Origin: Candidatus Omnitrophota bacterium
GTDB taxonomy: Bacteria; Omnitrophota; Omnitrophia; Omnitrophales; Aquincolibacteriaceae
Assembly (NCBI GenBank): GCA_022709525.1
Contig: JAKLIQ010000003.1
Location: 1,771 to 65,770, forward strand
Direction: 5' to 3'
Length of the DNA stretch: 64,000 bases
A model generated the notes under the pieces. That model searched no databases. It was not told the DNA's origin and was given only the letters and a program-made list of their open reading frames with translations. Shown piece by piece: positions 18,401 to 28,080 of this stretch; position 1 is the stretch's first letter, and each line of letters starts with the position of its first letter. A program made the translations under genes and the position numbers.

Positions 18401-18778
18401 ATGGCCAAGGAAAGCAAAAAACTCAAAGAAGGGTTTAGAGAGCGGAGAAAATTCGTCCGAGCGGATCTTTACGCCGTTACCCGGTACTTTTGCCCCTTGC
18501 GTGATAAAGAGGTCGGGGTTCACACCCGCATTTCCAATATCTCGGAAGGCGGGGCGCTGCTTGTGACCTTTGTCGAGGGAGTGCCGGTGGGGACATCGAT
18601 CGAAATGAGCTTTTTATTGCCGGGCGATAACCAAGGGCTTATTACCGTAAAAGGAGAGGTCCGGCACACACATATTTTTGAAAAAGGCCTTTGCCGTTCC
18701 GGCGTTGAATTTTCCAAGATCAAGGAAAAAGACCTTTTGGCCATCCGTAAATACGTCGCCTCGGCCGAGAAAAAATAA
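18401..18778 (+). CDS. PilZ-domain protein (c-di-GMP receptor).
   Basis: RERRKFVR (RxxxR) and ISNISEGG (D/NxSxGG) motifs with PilZ spacing. Confidence 0.7.
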   Translation: MAKESKKLKEGFRERRKFVRADLYAVTRYFCPLRDKEVGVHTRISNISEGGALLVTFVEGVPVGTSIEMSFLLPGDNQGLITVKGEVRHTHIFEKGLCRSGVEFSKIKEKDLLAIRKYVASAEKK

Positions 18779-18802
18779 CGCCCGCACGAACGAGGGGACG
18801 TT

Positions 18803-19171
18803 TTAAGGCTTTCCGATCAGATCCACCACGAACTGATGAAGCAGCGTTTCCAGGTTGATCGGCTTCGTCAGGTATTCGCAGGCGCCCAAAGACCCCATTT
18901 TTTTGACCGTTTCGGCGTCTTTGTGCCCGGTAAGGATGACGACGGGCAGGGAAGGGAATTCTTCGTGGATCAGCCGCATGACCTCGATCCCGTCCATTCC
19001 CGGGAGGCCGATATCAAGCAGCACAAGGGACGGCAGGTCTTTTTTGATCATCGCGAGGCCGTCCGGCCCGTTGAGTGCGTAGGAGGCCGTGTATCCCGCG
19101 TCAAAAAGGAACTCGGTCACCATTTTACAGATCTCGGGTTCATCATCGATCATCAGGATCTTTTTCGCCAT
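18803..19171 (-). CDS. Single-domain response regulator (CheY-like receiver).
   Basis: MAKKILMIDDEPE...LLDIGLPGMDG...LTKP receiver motifs. Start trimmed to the ATG with GGAGAG RBS. The upstream extension in the ORF track lacks an RBS. Confidence 0.85.
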   Translation of the reverse strand: MAKKILMIDDEPEICKMVTEFLFDAGYTASYALNGPDGLAMIKKDLPSLVLLDIGLPGMDGIEVMRLIHEEFPSLPVVILTGHKDAETVKKMGSLGACEYLTKPINLETLLHQFVVDLIGKP

Positions 19172-19315
19172 AGCACTCTCCGCTTGTTTCTTATTATAAA
19201 GCAATTTCCTTTCCGCCACCAAGAGCATTCGCTGTCCGGCCCGTTCGTTTTTTTGTGTCGCCAATCCGCCGGAGGATTGATAAGATAATCCCGTCTTGGA
19301 ACAGGAGCGTTTCCT

Positions 19316-20296
19316 ATGATCACAAGTTTTTACTATAAAAAGGGCGGGCAGGTCGAGACCAATCTTTCGAGGGCGCGGCTTTTTTCCGCGCTAGGCGAAA
19401 AAGACGGTCTTTTATGGGTCGACTTTGAAGCGCCCACCGAATTCGAGAGCGACATGCTCGTCGAGATCTTCAATTTTCACCCCCTTGCCGTCGAAGATTG
19501 CATTACCGATCATTCCGAACCGAAGGTGGATGACTACGAGGAATATCTTTTTCTGGTCGTGCACGCCCTTACCATGGTCCAGAACAACGGGCAAAAAGAG
19601 CTTTCAACGATCGAGCTCAACGTCTTTTTGGGGCCGAATTATGTGGTCACCTTTCATAAAGCGCCGGTCGAAAGCGTGGCGCAGGACCTTCTTAAGACCC
19701 AGCAGAAACCCGCCGGCATGATGAGCGCGGGCCCGGACCTTTTGGTGCACACGATCCTGGACCACCTTGTGGACCGCTATCTTCCGGCGCTCCATCAGTA
19801 TGAAGAGAAAGTCGATTTGCTCGAAAAAGACATTTTCAGCAAAAGCCCTTCGCGGGAAAAGCTCGCGACGCTTCTTCAACTGAAACAGGATATTTCCACG
19901 CTGCGGCGGATCGTCGGCCCCCAACGCGACACCATCCATTTTTTAACGCGCAACGCCGGCCATCTTATCAAGGCAAAACATTTGATCTATTTCCGGGATA
20001 TCAGCGACCATCTTTTCCGGATCTCCTCGCTGGCGAACGGGATGCACGACCACTTGACCAGCATGCTTGAGGTTTATTTCTCCTACCTTTCAAGCGAACT
20101 CAACGTGGTCATGAAACGCTTAACCGTCGTAGCTACCCTTGCGATGCCCGCCGTGATGATCGCCAGCATTTACGGGATGAACTTCAGGGTCATTCCCTGG
20201 TCGACCCACGAATATGGCTTCTGGGCCGTCGTGATCCTGACGGCCGCCGTGACCGCGGGAATGTTCTTCTGGATGCGGGTCAAGAAGTGGATGTAG
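19316..20296 (+). CDS. corA: Magnesium/cobalt transporter CorA.
   Basis: C-terminal two TM segments with the YGMNF signature. Confidence 0.85.
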   Translation: MITSFYYKKGGQVETNLSRARLFSALGEKDGLLWVDFEAPTEFESDMLVEIFNFHPLAVEDCITDHSEPKVDDYEEYLFLVVHALTMVQNNGQKELSTIELNVFLGPNYVVTFHKAPVESVAQDLLKTQQKPAGMMSAGPDLLVHTILDHLVDRYLPALHQYEEKVDLLEKDIFSKSPSREKLATLLQLKQDISTLRRIVGPQRDTIHFLTRNAGHLIKAKHLIYFRDISDHLFRISSLANGMHDHLTSMLEVYFSYLSSELNVVMKRLTVVATLAMPAVMIASIYGMNFRVIPWSTHEYGFWAVVILTAAVTAGMFFWMRVKKWM

Positions 20297-20315
20297 TTTT
20301 TTCAAAAACCCTTTC

Positions 20316-21398
20316 ATGAAAACCCTCTACGGCTTGACCGACAAAGAGGTTTTGGAGCTTGTCGGGAGCCTAGGCCTTCCTAAATACCGCGCGGCGCAAC
20401 TTCTTGGGTGGGTCTATCAAAAAAACGCCCTGGCGTGGGAAGAGATTAAAAATCTACCCAAAGCCGCTCTTCAGGAGCTTTCTAAAGTAACGGCCCTTGT
20501 CTCGCTCGAGCCCTTCGAAGAAAAAAGATCCGCCGACGGGAGTTCTGTAAAATTTCTTTTCAAGACCCGCGACGGGCACCTTCTTGAAAGCGTTCTGATC
20601 TCAAACAAGGACCGGCAGACTGTTTGCGTTTCAACGCAGTTGGGTTGCAAGATCCGCTGCGCTTTTTGCGCGAGCGGGCAGGGGGGGTTTGTCCGTGACC
20701 TGACCGCGGGCGAGATCGTCGAACAGGTCGCCCGCGTCAGCCGCATGACGGGAAAAAAGATCACCAATGTCGTCTTTATGGGGATGGGGGAACCTCTCGA
20801 TAATTTTGACGCGACGTTCAAAGCAGTCCATATCTTGATCGAACCCTGGGGATTTGCTTTTGGCGCGCGCCGGGTGACCGTTTCAACTTCGGGGATCGTC
20901 CCTAAAATACTCGATTTCGTGAAATCGGTCGATGGCCGCGTCCGGCTCTCCGTATCGCTTCATTCAAGCATCGAGGAAGTGCGCACCAAGCTTGTCCCGA
21001 TCAATAAACGTTACCCGCTCAAGGAGCTTTTAAGCGCCTTGCGGAAGGTCAATCAGGGCTTGAAACGCGAGATCACTTTTGAATACACGCTTATTGCCGG
21101 TGTTAACGATTCGGACGAAGAAGCCGAGGGCGTCGCCATGCTGGCGAGGCCGCTTCATGCCAAGATCAACATTATTCCCTACAATCCGGTCGCCGAATTT
21201 GATCATAAGGCGCCTTCGCCCGAAGCCGCAGAACATTTCTGCGCCCATCTTAAAAAGCTCGGCTTACACGTGACGCTTCGGCAGACCGAGGGAAAAGAGA
21301 TCGATGCGGCGTGCGGACAATTGCGGCTTGATCGCGCACAAAGCGCAGAACGGTCACTTAACACTGCAAGGGACTCGGGACTCGTTCCTCGGGACTAG
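20316..21398 (+). CDS. rlmN: 23S rRNA (A2503-C2)/tRNA (A37-C2) methyltransferase, a radical-SAM enzyme.
   Basis: CVSTQLGCKIRCAFCASG radical-SAM cysteine motif and RlmN-type N-terminus. The last roughly 10 codons and the stop codon lie inside an inverted-repeat element. Confidence 0.9.
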   Translation: MKTLYGLTDKEVLELVGSLGLPKYRAAQLLGWVYQKNALAWEEIKNLPKAALQELSKVTALVSLEPFEEKRSADGSSVKFLFKTRDGHLLESVLISNKDRQTVCVSTQLGCKIRCAFCASGQGGFVRDLTAGEIVEQVARVSRMTGKKITNVVFMGMGEPLDNFDATFKAVHILIEPWGFAFGARRVTVSTSGIVPKILDFVKSVDGRVRLSVSLHSSIEEVRTKLVPINKRYPLKELLSALRKVNQGLKREITFEYTLIAGVNDSDEEAEGVAMLARPLHAKINIIPYNPVAEFDHKAPSPEAAEHFCAHLKKLGLHVTLRQTEGKEIDAACGQLRLDRAQSAERSLNTARDSGLVPRD

Positions 21399-21810
21399 CT
21401 TTCTTTTTAAAATTCTTACGCTCTGCGATCGAGGCCTCGATTTTTTCAAGCAATTTTCTGATCATACGCGATTCATGGTTAATTTTATTCGCGATCTTTT
21501 GAACGTTATTAGCATCTAACATTTGAAGAGCAAGAACAATCTCTAGTTGAGTATCCAACTCACCGCAGGAGCCCAGCGCCGTAAACAGAAAACGTTTATA
21601 ATCGCTCGAATATTTTCTATTGAATCCCTCTGCGATATTGCTCGGAATTGAAACGGCGGCGCGGCGCATTTGATCTGCTAAACCAAACTTTTCCTCTTGC
21701 GGGAACAATTTCGTGAGACGGTAAATATCTACAACCAGTTCCTTACCCGTTTTCCATATAACCAGATCCTTAAAGTTAGAAATCGCTTTCAGCTTATTTT
21801 CTTCCGTCAT
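21358..21810 (-). CDS. Four-helix-bundle protein (23S rRNA intervening-sequence protein family).
   Basis: AAVSIPSNIAEGFNR and four predicted helices, about 150 aa. Lies inside the inverted-repeat-bounded cassette. Confidence 0.7.
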   Translation of the reverse strand: MTEENKLKAISNFKDLVIWKTGKELVVDIYRLTKLFPQEEKFGLADQMRRAAVSIPSNIAEGFNRKYSSDYKRFLFTALGSCGELDTQLEIVLALQMLDANNVQKIANKINHESRMIRKLLEKIEASIAERKNFKKKASPEERVPSPLQC

Positions 21811-21877
21811 AACCTCTCCTTGTTCATGCTGTTGGTTTTTCGTTCAATTCGAGTCCCGAGGAGCGAGTCCCGAGTCC
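21369..21877. mobile_element. Roughly 510 bp cassette bounded by 27-29 bp terminal inverted repeats (GGGACTCGGGACTCGTTCCTCGGGACTAG ... GAGTCCCGAGGAGCGAGTCCCGAGTCC). It carries a four-helix-bundle protein gene. Putative MITE/IVS-like mobile cassette.
   Basis: The reverse complement of the right end matches the left end with 1 mismatch in 26. Solo copies of the same inverted-repeat pair with short interiors occur at 52201..52252 and 60408..60465. Confidence 0.45.
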
Positions 21878-23538
21878 AAGGCGCCATCCTTCTGTTGAAA
21901 CTCCCACAATTGATTGAACTCGGGTTTTTCGTTATAGACCCGCTCCAGCCGCTTTGAAAAAAATCCGTCTGTCATGCCGTCCAAGAGCATGGTGAGTTCA
22001 TCCATGCGGACAAGCGATTCAAGAAATTCCTGCTCGGAGGCCGGAGGCGAAAAAACAAGACTGATCTGAAGACGGCGGCGTTCGTAATAAATGCGCGTTG
22101 CCTCGGAAAGCAGGTCATTGCGGAGTTCCACCATGAGCTTTTCCCGCGAATCGATCGAAGTTTGGTCGGAGCTGTAGATCATGTCGCCTAGATGCCAGCT
22201 TACATCCGCGTTCCATCCTTTGCTTCTGTCTTCCGGGCCAAGAATATAACGGTCAGCATCCGTCGTGCTGCCGCGGTCCAGATCGATCGAAGTTCCGGTC
22301 GAATAATCCTTTCCGAAAGACAGCGTTGGAAGCATTCCCGCCACCCTTGAGGCGGCATGCCACCGTTTGATCTTTCCGTTCGAAACATTGGCGTATTTGA
22401 TCACATGTTTTTGGACCTCGCGGGCGGAGGGCTCCAAAGCAAAAAGCTCCTTGAGGAGGACAAGCGTTTTCTCATCCGGCTGATAAATCCTCAAAGGCGG
22501 CGGCGCTTCTGGTCCCAGAAAGGCGAGAGGCGATTCGACAAACCCTTCTTCCGTGATTGCTAGTAATTTTTCATGATTTAAAACAGCGATACCTCGCACG
22601 TCATTTTGGGCCAACCCGTCAAAAAGTCCGCTCCATTTCGACTTTAAAGCGTCGTATTTGTAAGCACCTCGAGGCGTGGCGGCATAAAGACAGTCGGCAT
22701 AGGCCAGTTGGAACACCTCGGGGTTTTGTAAGCCGCTTTTCGGAAGGGCCGTCCAGCGGTAACCGCGATCCAAGCTTTGAAAAACACCGTTTCGCGTCGC
22801 TAAAAAAAGAACCGGAGAAGGATTTTTTGAAAAGATGAGGTCGTGGATCTTAAAAAGAAAAAAATGATTTTCCTCGTTTATGTCATCCAACTCGTCTTCT
22901 GTGAAATCCCGTTCGCCGGCAGGCATGGAGAACACGCGTTCGGCGGGCCTTCCGGCCAGTGACAGGTAAAGAGCGTTTTCAGTTGCTACAAAAAGCCGGG
23001 CTTCCTCCGAGAAAAGAACCGCAACGGGAACCGAGGGACGAAACACAGAAGAAGGAGACCATGTTTTTCCGGCGTTGCAGGTTTCCCAAAGCCCTTTTTG
23101 CGTCCCGAGGAACCAGCGGTTTGCGTTCTGAGCATCGACCGAAAAAGAGAGAGGCCGCCGGTCGGAATGCTCATAGATCTTTTGCCATGAAAGGTCCTGC
23201 AAGTTCCCGGCGAATAAGCTGTCGTTTGCCAGGACGAAAACAGCGCCCGGTAAAGCGCTAAAAGAAAAGATTTTTCTGATCCCCGCGGCCGACTCCGTAT
23301 GCGACCAAAGCTCTTTCCAGCGGCTTTCTTCTCCGCCTTCAAAAATATTTCTTTCGGAAGCAAGGAGGAATTTGGCCGGATCAAGCGGATGAGCCGCGAG
23401 GCAGGTAAGCGGCCCTCCGGACAGAGAAGGCTGCAATGGTTTTTGCCACTCAGCTTTTACGGGGCCCTGGACGCTCAGCATAGAGCCCAGCAGGAAAATA
23501 AAAATTCTTTTTGCTGCTTTGCTATTTGATCTGTCCAT
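21844..23538 (-). CDS. Secreted hypothetical protein, possibly a beta-propeller/BNR-like fold.
   Basis: Start set at the ATG after a GGAGGA RBS (MDRSNSKAAKRIFIFLLGSM signal peptide). Repeated W/G-rich segments. The last 11 codons and the stop lie within the right inverted repeat of the neighbouring cassette. Confidence 0.5.
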   Translation of the reverse strand: MDRSNSKAAKRIFIFLLGSMLSVQGPVKAEWQKPLQPSLSGGPLTCLAAHPLDPAKFLLASERNIFEGGEESRWKELWSHTESAAGIRKIFSFSALPGAVFVLANDSLFAGNLQDLSWQKIYEHSDRRPLSFSVDAQNANRWFLGTQKGLWETCNAGKTWSPSSVFRPSVPVAVLFSEEARLFVATENALYLSLAGRPAERVFSMPAGERDFTEDELDDINEENHFFLFKIHDLIFSKNPSPVLFLATRNGVFQSLDRGYRWTALPKSGLQNPEVFQLAYADCLYAATPRGAYKYDALKSKWSGLFDGLAQNDVRGIAVLNHEKLLAITEEGFVESPLAFLGPEAPPPLRIYQPDEKTLVLLKELFALEPSAREVQKHVIKYANVSNGKIKRWHAASRVAGMLPTLSFGKDYSTGTSIDLDRGSTTDADRYILGPEDRSKGWNADVSWHLGDMIYSSDQTSIDSREKLMVELRNDLLSEATRIYYERRRLQISLVFSPPASEQEFLESLVRMDELTMLLDGMTDGFFSKRLERVYNEKPEFNQLWEFQQKDGALDSGLAPRDSN

Positions 23539-23831
23539 TGAACAGTCCTCCTTAATATTCATATTTATCATAAAATATATTCATTATTTAAAATAATGTC
23601 AATAATTAATTTAGTTTTCTGAAAACCTCCTATACAAAATCTTGATTTAACGAGGAAAGGAGATCCAAAGAAACCCATTTAAAAAGTCGAAAATTGACTA
23701 TTTAACCCTTTCATAATAAGTAAGCCAGCAGGCTTAGAGAGCCGATGCCCGCGATATTTTCGGACATACGTTCCATGAAAATCAGGCGCGTGTTGTGCCC
23801 TTGTGATTTTTTTGGTATAGTGCGGCTCATT

Positions 23832-24926
23832 ATGGGTTTTAAATGCGGCATTGTCGGCCTTCCCAACGTAGGCAAATCCACCATTTTTAACGCGATCGCC
23901 AAGGCGCACGCGGCGGCTTCGAATTATCCTTTTTGCACCATTGAACCGAATGTCGGCATGGTCCCCGTCCCGGATTCGCGCCTTTGGGATCTCAGCAAGC
24001 TTTACAATCCCCAGAAGACCACTCCGACCACCGTGGAATTTTACGACATCGCCGGCCTCGTTGCCGGCGCTTCCAAAGGGGAAGGTCTGGGGAACCAGTT
24101 CCTGGGTCACATCAAGGAAGTCGAGGCGATCCTTCACGTTGTCCGTTGTTTTGAAGATCCCAACATCGTTCATGTTTCAGGCAATATCGATCCCGACCGC
24201 GACATCGATGTGATCGATACGGAGCTGTGTCTCAAAGATCTGGACACCATCAATGCCCGGTACGATAAAACGGAAAAACTCGCGAAGACCGGAGACAAGG
24301 AGGCCAAAGAAAAAATGCCGGCCTATGAAAAAGCAAAAAAAGCGCTTGAAGCCGGAACACCGCTTCGCCGGGCCGGTTTTACGGAGGAAGAAAAAAAACT
24401 CGTTAAAGACATGGCTTTTTTGACGCTTAAAACCGTGCTCTATTGCGCGAACGTCGCGGAAAAAGACCTTCCGGGCGGTGGCCCGTTCGCCGATCTTTTG
24501 CGTCAACGCGCGGCCAAGGAAGGCGCCGAAGCCGTTGTTATCTCCGGCAAAGTCGAATCCGAACTGATCGATCTCTCGGAGGAGGACCAAAAAGTTTTTT
24601 TAAAAGATCTCAACCTCGAAGAGCCGGGGCTTAACTCTCTTATCCGGGCTGGCTACACGGCGCTTCAACTCATCACTTATTTCACGGCAGGGGAAAAAGA
24701 AGTGCGGGCCTGGACTGTGCGGAAAGGCTCCAAGGCGCCGCAAGCTGCCGGGGTGATCCATTCTGATTTTGAGAGGGGATTCATTCGAGCGGAAGTCATG
24801 CGGTATGAAGACCTTCTGAAATACGGTTCCCAGCTTGCCGTGAAGGAAAAAGGTCTATTGCGGATCGAGGGCAAGGACTACGAGGTCCGCGACGGCGATG
24901 TGATGCTTTTCCGCTTCAGCGTTTAA
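23832..24926 (+). CDS. ychF: Redox-regulated ribosome-associated ATPase YchF (Obg-family GTPase fold).
   Basis: GIVGLPNVGKSTIFNA P-loop and C-terminal TGS domain. 364 aa after trimming the track ORF to the conserved start. Confidence 0.9.
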   Translation: MGFKCGIVGLPNVGKSTIFNAIAKAHAAASNYPFCTIEPNVGMVPVPDSRLWDLSKLYNPQKTTPTTVEFYDIAGLVAGASKGEGLGNQFLGHIKEVEAILHVVRCFEDPNIVHVSGNIDPDRDIDVIDTELCLKDLDTINARYDKTEKLAKTGDKEAKEKMPAYEKAKKALEAGTPLRRAGFTEEEKKLVKDMAFLTLKTVLYCANVAEKDLPGGGPFADLLRQRAAKEGAEAVVISGKVESELIDLSEEDQKVFLKDLNLEEPGLNSLIRAGYTALQLITYFTAGEKEVRAWTVRKGSKAPQAAGVIHSDFERGFIRAEVMRYEDLLKYGSQLAVKEKGLLRIEGKDYEVRDGDVMLFRFSV

Positions 24927-24989
24927 GGAATCCCAGCCTTTTTGGTTTGATTGACCAACCCCGCATAATCTGAAATAATACCTCCCGTT

Positions 24990-25664
24990 ATGAAAAACCC
25001 TTTCTATTCCGTTTATCGTGATTTTAAAGCTTGCTTTGAACGCGATCCGGCCGCCAGAACGCCGCTCGGGGCTCTTGAAGTTCTTTTTCTTTATCCGGGA
25101 TTCCACGCGATACTTTTCTACCGCTTCGCGCATGTGTTGTATGTATTAAGGATCCCTTTTATTCCGCGGCTGATTTCCCAGATCGCGCGGTTTCTGACCG
25201 GGGTGGAGATCCACCCGGGAGCGAAGATCGCCCCAGGATTTTTCATCGACCACGGCATGGGTGTTGTGATCGGAGAAACCACGGAGATCGGTGAGAATGT
25301 GACGATCTATCAGGGCGTGACGCTCGGCGGGACCGGAAAAGAACGGGGCAAAAGACACCCGACTTTGGGGCATAATGTCGTAGTGGGCGTCGGCGCCAAG
25401 GTCCTCGGCAACATCAAGATCGGGGACCATGTGAAGATCGGCGGCGGGTCCGTCGTCATTCACTCCGTACCGGATCACTGCACGGTGGTCGGAGTGCCGG
25501 CCGAGATCGTGCGGATCGACGGCAAAAAGGTGGATGATGTCGATTTGGATCACGGCGACCTGCCGGATCCGGTCAAAGAACTGAAGAATCGCGTCCGCGA
25601 GCTTCAAAAAGAAGTCGAATCCCTGGAAGCTTTTCACAAAGGTCAGAACCTTAAAAAGAGCTGA
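24990..25664 (+). CDS. cysE: Serine O-acetyltransferase.
   Basis: SATase N-terminal helical domain ([33 protein letters not shown]) and hexapeptide-repeat left-handed beta-helix ([24 protein letters not shown]). Confidence 0.85.
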   Translation: MKNPFYSVYRDFKACFERDPAARTPLGALEVLFLYPGFHAILFYRFAHVLYVLRIPFIPRLISQIARFLTGVEIHPGAKIAPGFFIDHGMGVVIGETTEIGENVTIYQGVTLGGTGKERGKRHPTLGHNVVVGVGAKVLGNIKIGDHVKIGGGSVVIHSVPDHCTVVGVPAEIVRIDGKKVDDVDLDHGDLPDPVKELKNRVRELQKEVESLEAFHKGQNLKKS

Positions 25665-25681
25665 CGCGTCGCGTCGAGATC

Positions 25682-26095
25682 ATGAAAAAAGCGAAAATAT
25701 ATTCCGACGGCGGTGCGCGGGGGAATCCCGGCCCCGCGGCGGTCGGCGTGCTGGTTTGCGACGAAAAAGACCACAAGCTAGCCGACCACGGCGAAACGAT
25801 TGGCGAAACAACCAATAATGTCGCGGAGTACACGGCGGTGATCCGGGGCCTTACGCTGGCGGCGGAACTGGGGATTTCGGAGGCGGACTATTTTCTTGAT
25901 AGCGAACTTGTGGCGCGTCAGCTCTCGGGGATCTATAAACTGAAAGCGGAGCATCTCAAAACGCTTTTTGCGGAAGTGAAAAGTCTCGAGAAAAAATTTA
26001 AACGCGTTTCTTATTTTCATCTGCCCCGGGAACATGCGAAGATCAAGCACGTCGACAAGCTTGTCAATATCGCCCTCAACCGGGCGGGACATTAA
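25682..26095 (+). CDS. rnhA: Ribonuclease HI.
   Basis: YSDGGARGNPGPAAVGV...VAEYTAVIRGL, with the DEDD catalytic pattern of type 1 RNase H. Confidence 0.85.
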   Translation: MKKAKIYSDGGARGNPGPAAVGVLVCDEKDHKLADHGETIGETTNNVAEYTAVIRGLTLAAELGISEADYFLDSELVARQLSGIYKLKAEHLKTLFAEVKSLEKKFKRVSYFHLPREHAKIKHVDKLVNIALNRAGH

Positions 26096-26107
26096 AGAGA
26101 ACAAAAA

Positions 26108-26461
26108 ATGGCCATTGCTTTGATCGGTGTTTTAGGCGGTTTTTTGGGAGGGCTTTTCGGTGTCGGAGGCGGCACTGTTTTTGTGCCTCTTTTGGTATTT
26201 CTAAAAGGCTTCGATATCCACCGCGCGATCGGAACCTCCCTTTTGATCATCATTTTTACGGCGATTGCCGGAGCTATTTTCCACGGCAGGGCGGGGATGG
26301 TGGATTGGAAGGCAGCCGTTGTGCTCGGGATCTTCAGCATGCTCGGCGTTTGGCTCGGAACGAAGCTGTCGCTGAAGCTGGAGACCGTCATGCTTCAGCG
26401 CGCCTTCGCGGTATTTCTTATCTTGATGGCGATCAAATTGTTCTTCGATAAGCAAGCATAA
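26108..26461 (+). CDS. Half-size TauE/SafE (TSUP) family membrane protein: a single 4-TM repeat, 117 aa.
   Basis: GGFLGGLFGVGGGTVFVPLL canonical TSUP motif. Only four hydrophobic segments are present. Full-length TSUPs have eight. Confidence 0.5.
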   Translation: MAIALIGVLGGFLGGLFGVGGGTVFVPLLVFLKGFDIHRAIGTSLLIIIFTAIAGAIFHGRAGMVDWKAAVVLGIFSMLGVWLGTKLSLKLETVMLQRAFAVFLILMAIKLFFDKQA

Positions 26462-26480
26462 GCTTTTATAAGGAGGATCC

Positions 26481-28004
26481 ATGAAAGTTTCATTGGCGGG
26501 TTTGACCAAGTCTCCAAGCAAAGCGGACCTTTTTGTGGTCGGTTGTTTTAAGGGAGAAAAAGATCTTAAAGCGATCAAAAAGATCGATCCTGCGTTTGCC
26601 AAAGTGGCGGAAGCGGCTATTTCCAAAAAACGTTTCGAAGGAAAAGCGGGCGAGACCTTCAGTTCCTATCAAGCCGGTTACCGTCAAGCATCGGAAATAT
26701 TGCTCATAGGGCTCGGCGAAAGAAAGGATTTCAAACCCGAATCGTTGCGAAAAGCCGTTGGCACGATGATCGCGGCCGCGAATGCGCGCAAGGCCCTCAA
26801 AGTCCGGGTATTCGCCGACTCTTTTGTGGGCGGCGATCTTCCCGCAGGGGAGATCGCGAAGACATTTACGGAGATCTCTTTTTTAGCGGCCTACCGGTTC
26901 ACGCCTTATAAGACCCGGAAAAAAGACGATCCGCCGCCGGCGCCGGACTCCGTCGAGCTTGTGACGGAAGCCAAAGAACTTTTCCCTTTAGTTCGACCTG
27001 TCATGGCGCACGCCGAGAAAGTCGCTAAGGCGGTTCTTTTTGCGAGGGATCTCAACAACGAGCCGGGGAACGTCATGAACCCTCCGCGTCTCGCGCAGGA
27101 AGCCAAAAAACTTGCCGCGGAAAAAAAATTAAAATGCCGCGTTCTAGGTCTCGCGGAACTTAAAAAAATGGGCATGAACGGCATTCTTGCGGTTAATCGC
27201 GGTAGCGTCACGTCGCCGGCCCTGATCATTATGGAATACGGGCAAGGATATAAAAGCAACGGAACAGTCTGTCTTGTGGGGAAGGGCGTCACTTTCGATA
27301 CGGGCGGCATTTCCATCAAGCCCTCAAAAGGAATGGAAGAAATGAAATACGACAAGTCGGGCGCTATCGCCGTGATCGCGACGATGGGGCTTGTGGCGGA
27401 TTTGAAATTACCGCTTCACATTGTGGGACTTGTGCCGGCCGTGGAAAATAATGTGGCCAATGATCCTCAAAGACCCGGCGATATCATCCGGATGTACAAC
27501 GGGAAGACCGTCGAAGTGATGAATACGGACGCCGAGGGCCGACTTATTTTAGCCGACGCGCTTTCTTTTTGCGCGGAATATAAACCCGCCGCCATCATCG
27601 ATGCCGCGACGCTGACAGGAATGTGCCACCATACTTTTGGCGATAAAACCTGCGGCATTCTCGGCACGGACCAGAAATTGGTCGACGCGTTGATGGAGGC
27701 CGGGCAGAAAACCGGCGAACGGTGCTGGCAGTTGCCGCTTTGGGATGAATACGGGGAGTGCATCAAATCGCACCACTCCGACCTGAAGAACGTGGGAGAC
27801 GGTTATGCCGGAACGATTACGGCCGCGATGTTCCTTAAAGAATTTGTCCCGGCAAAAACGCCTTGGGTTCATCTGGATATCGCTGGAACGGCGTATTGTT
27901 CGCAAAACCGGTTCGATTGCCAAAAAGGGGCCACGGGATTCGGTGTGCGACTGTTCGCCGAGGCGCTTTCGAACTGGAGTTCGGAGAGCATTTCAGCGGC
28001 CTAA
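26481..28004 (+). CDS. pepA: Leucyl aminopeptidase (M17 family).
   Basis: NTDAEGRLILADAL signature plus GKGVTFDTGG. Confidence 0.85.
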   Translation: MKVSLAGLTKSPSKADLFVVGCFKGEKDLKAIKKIDPAFAKVAEAAISKKRFEGKAGETFSSYQAGYRQASEILLIGLGERKDFKPESLRKAVGTMIAAANARKALKVRVFADSFVGGDLPAGEIAKTFTEISFLAAYRFTPYKTRKKDDPPPAPDSVELVTEAKELFPLVRPVMAHAEKVAKAVLFARDLNNEPGNVMNPPRLAQEAKKLAAEKKLKCRVLGLAELKKMGMNGILAVNRGSVTSPALIIMEYGQGYKSNGTVCLVGKGVTFDTGGISIKPSKGMEEMKYDKSGAIAVIATMGLVADLKLPLHIVGLVPAVENNVANDPQRPGDIIRMYNGKTVEVMNTDAEGRLILADALSFCAEYKPAAIIDAATLTGMCHHTFGDKTCGILGTDQKLVDALMEAGQKTGERCWQLPLWDEYGECIKSHHSDLKNVGDGYAGTITAAMFLKEFVPAKTPWVHLDIAGTAYCSQNRFDCQKGATGFGVRLFAEALSNWSSESISAA

Positions 28005-28080
28005 CGCCGGAAGTAAAGATTTCTTTGCGGAAGCCGTTAGACTAGACGGTAGAAAAATCACCTATTGAAGGAGAGGAACC

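Noticed and set aside
18836-19288. 150-aa plus-strand ORF and other long antisense ORFs (e.g. 938..1975 -, 9934..10662 -, 25146..25637 -, 56289..57233 -)
   Set aside because: Each lies entirely antisense to a well-supported conserved gene (response regulator, methyltransferase/cupin, cysD, cysE, nrdJ). They have arginine/glycine-rich compositions typical of GC-rich antisense frames. They are not coding.
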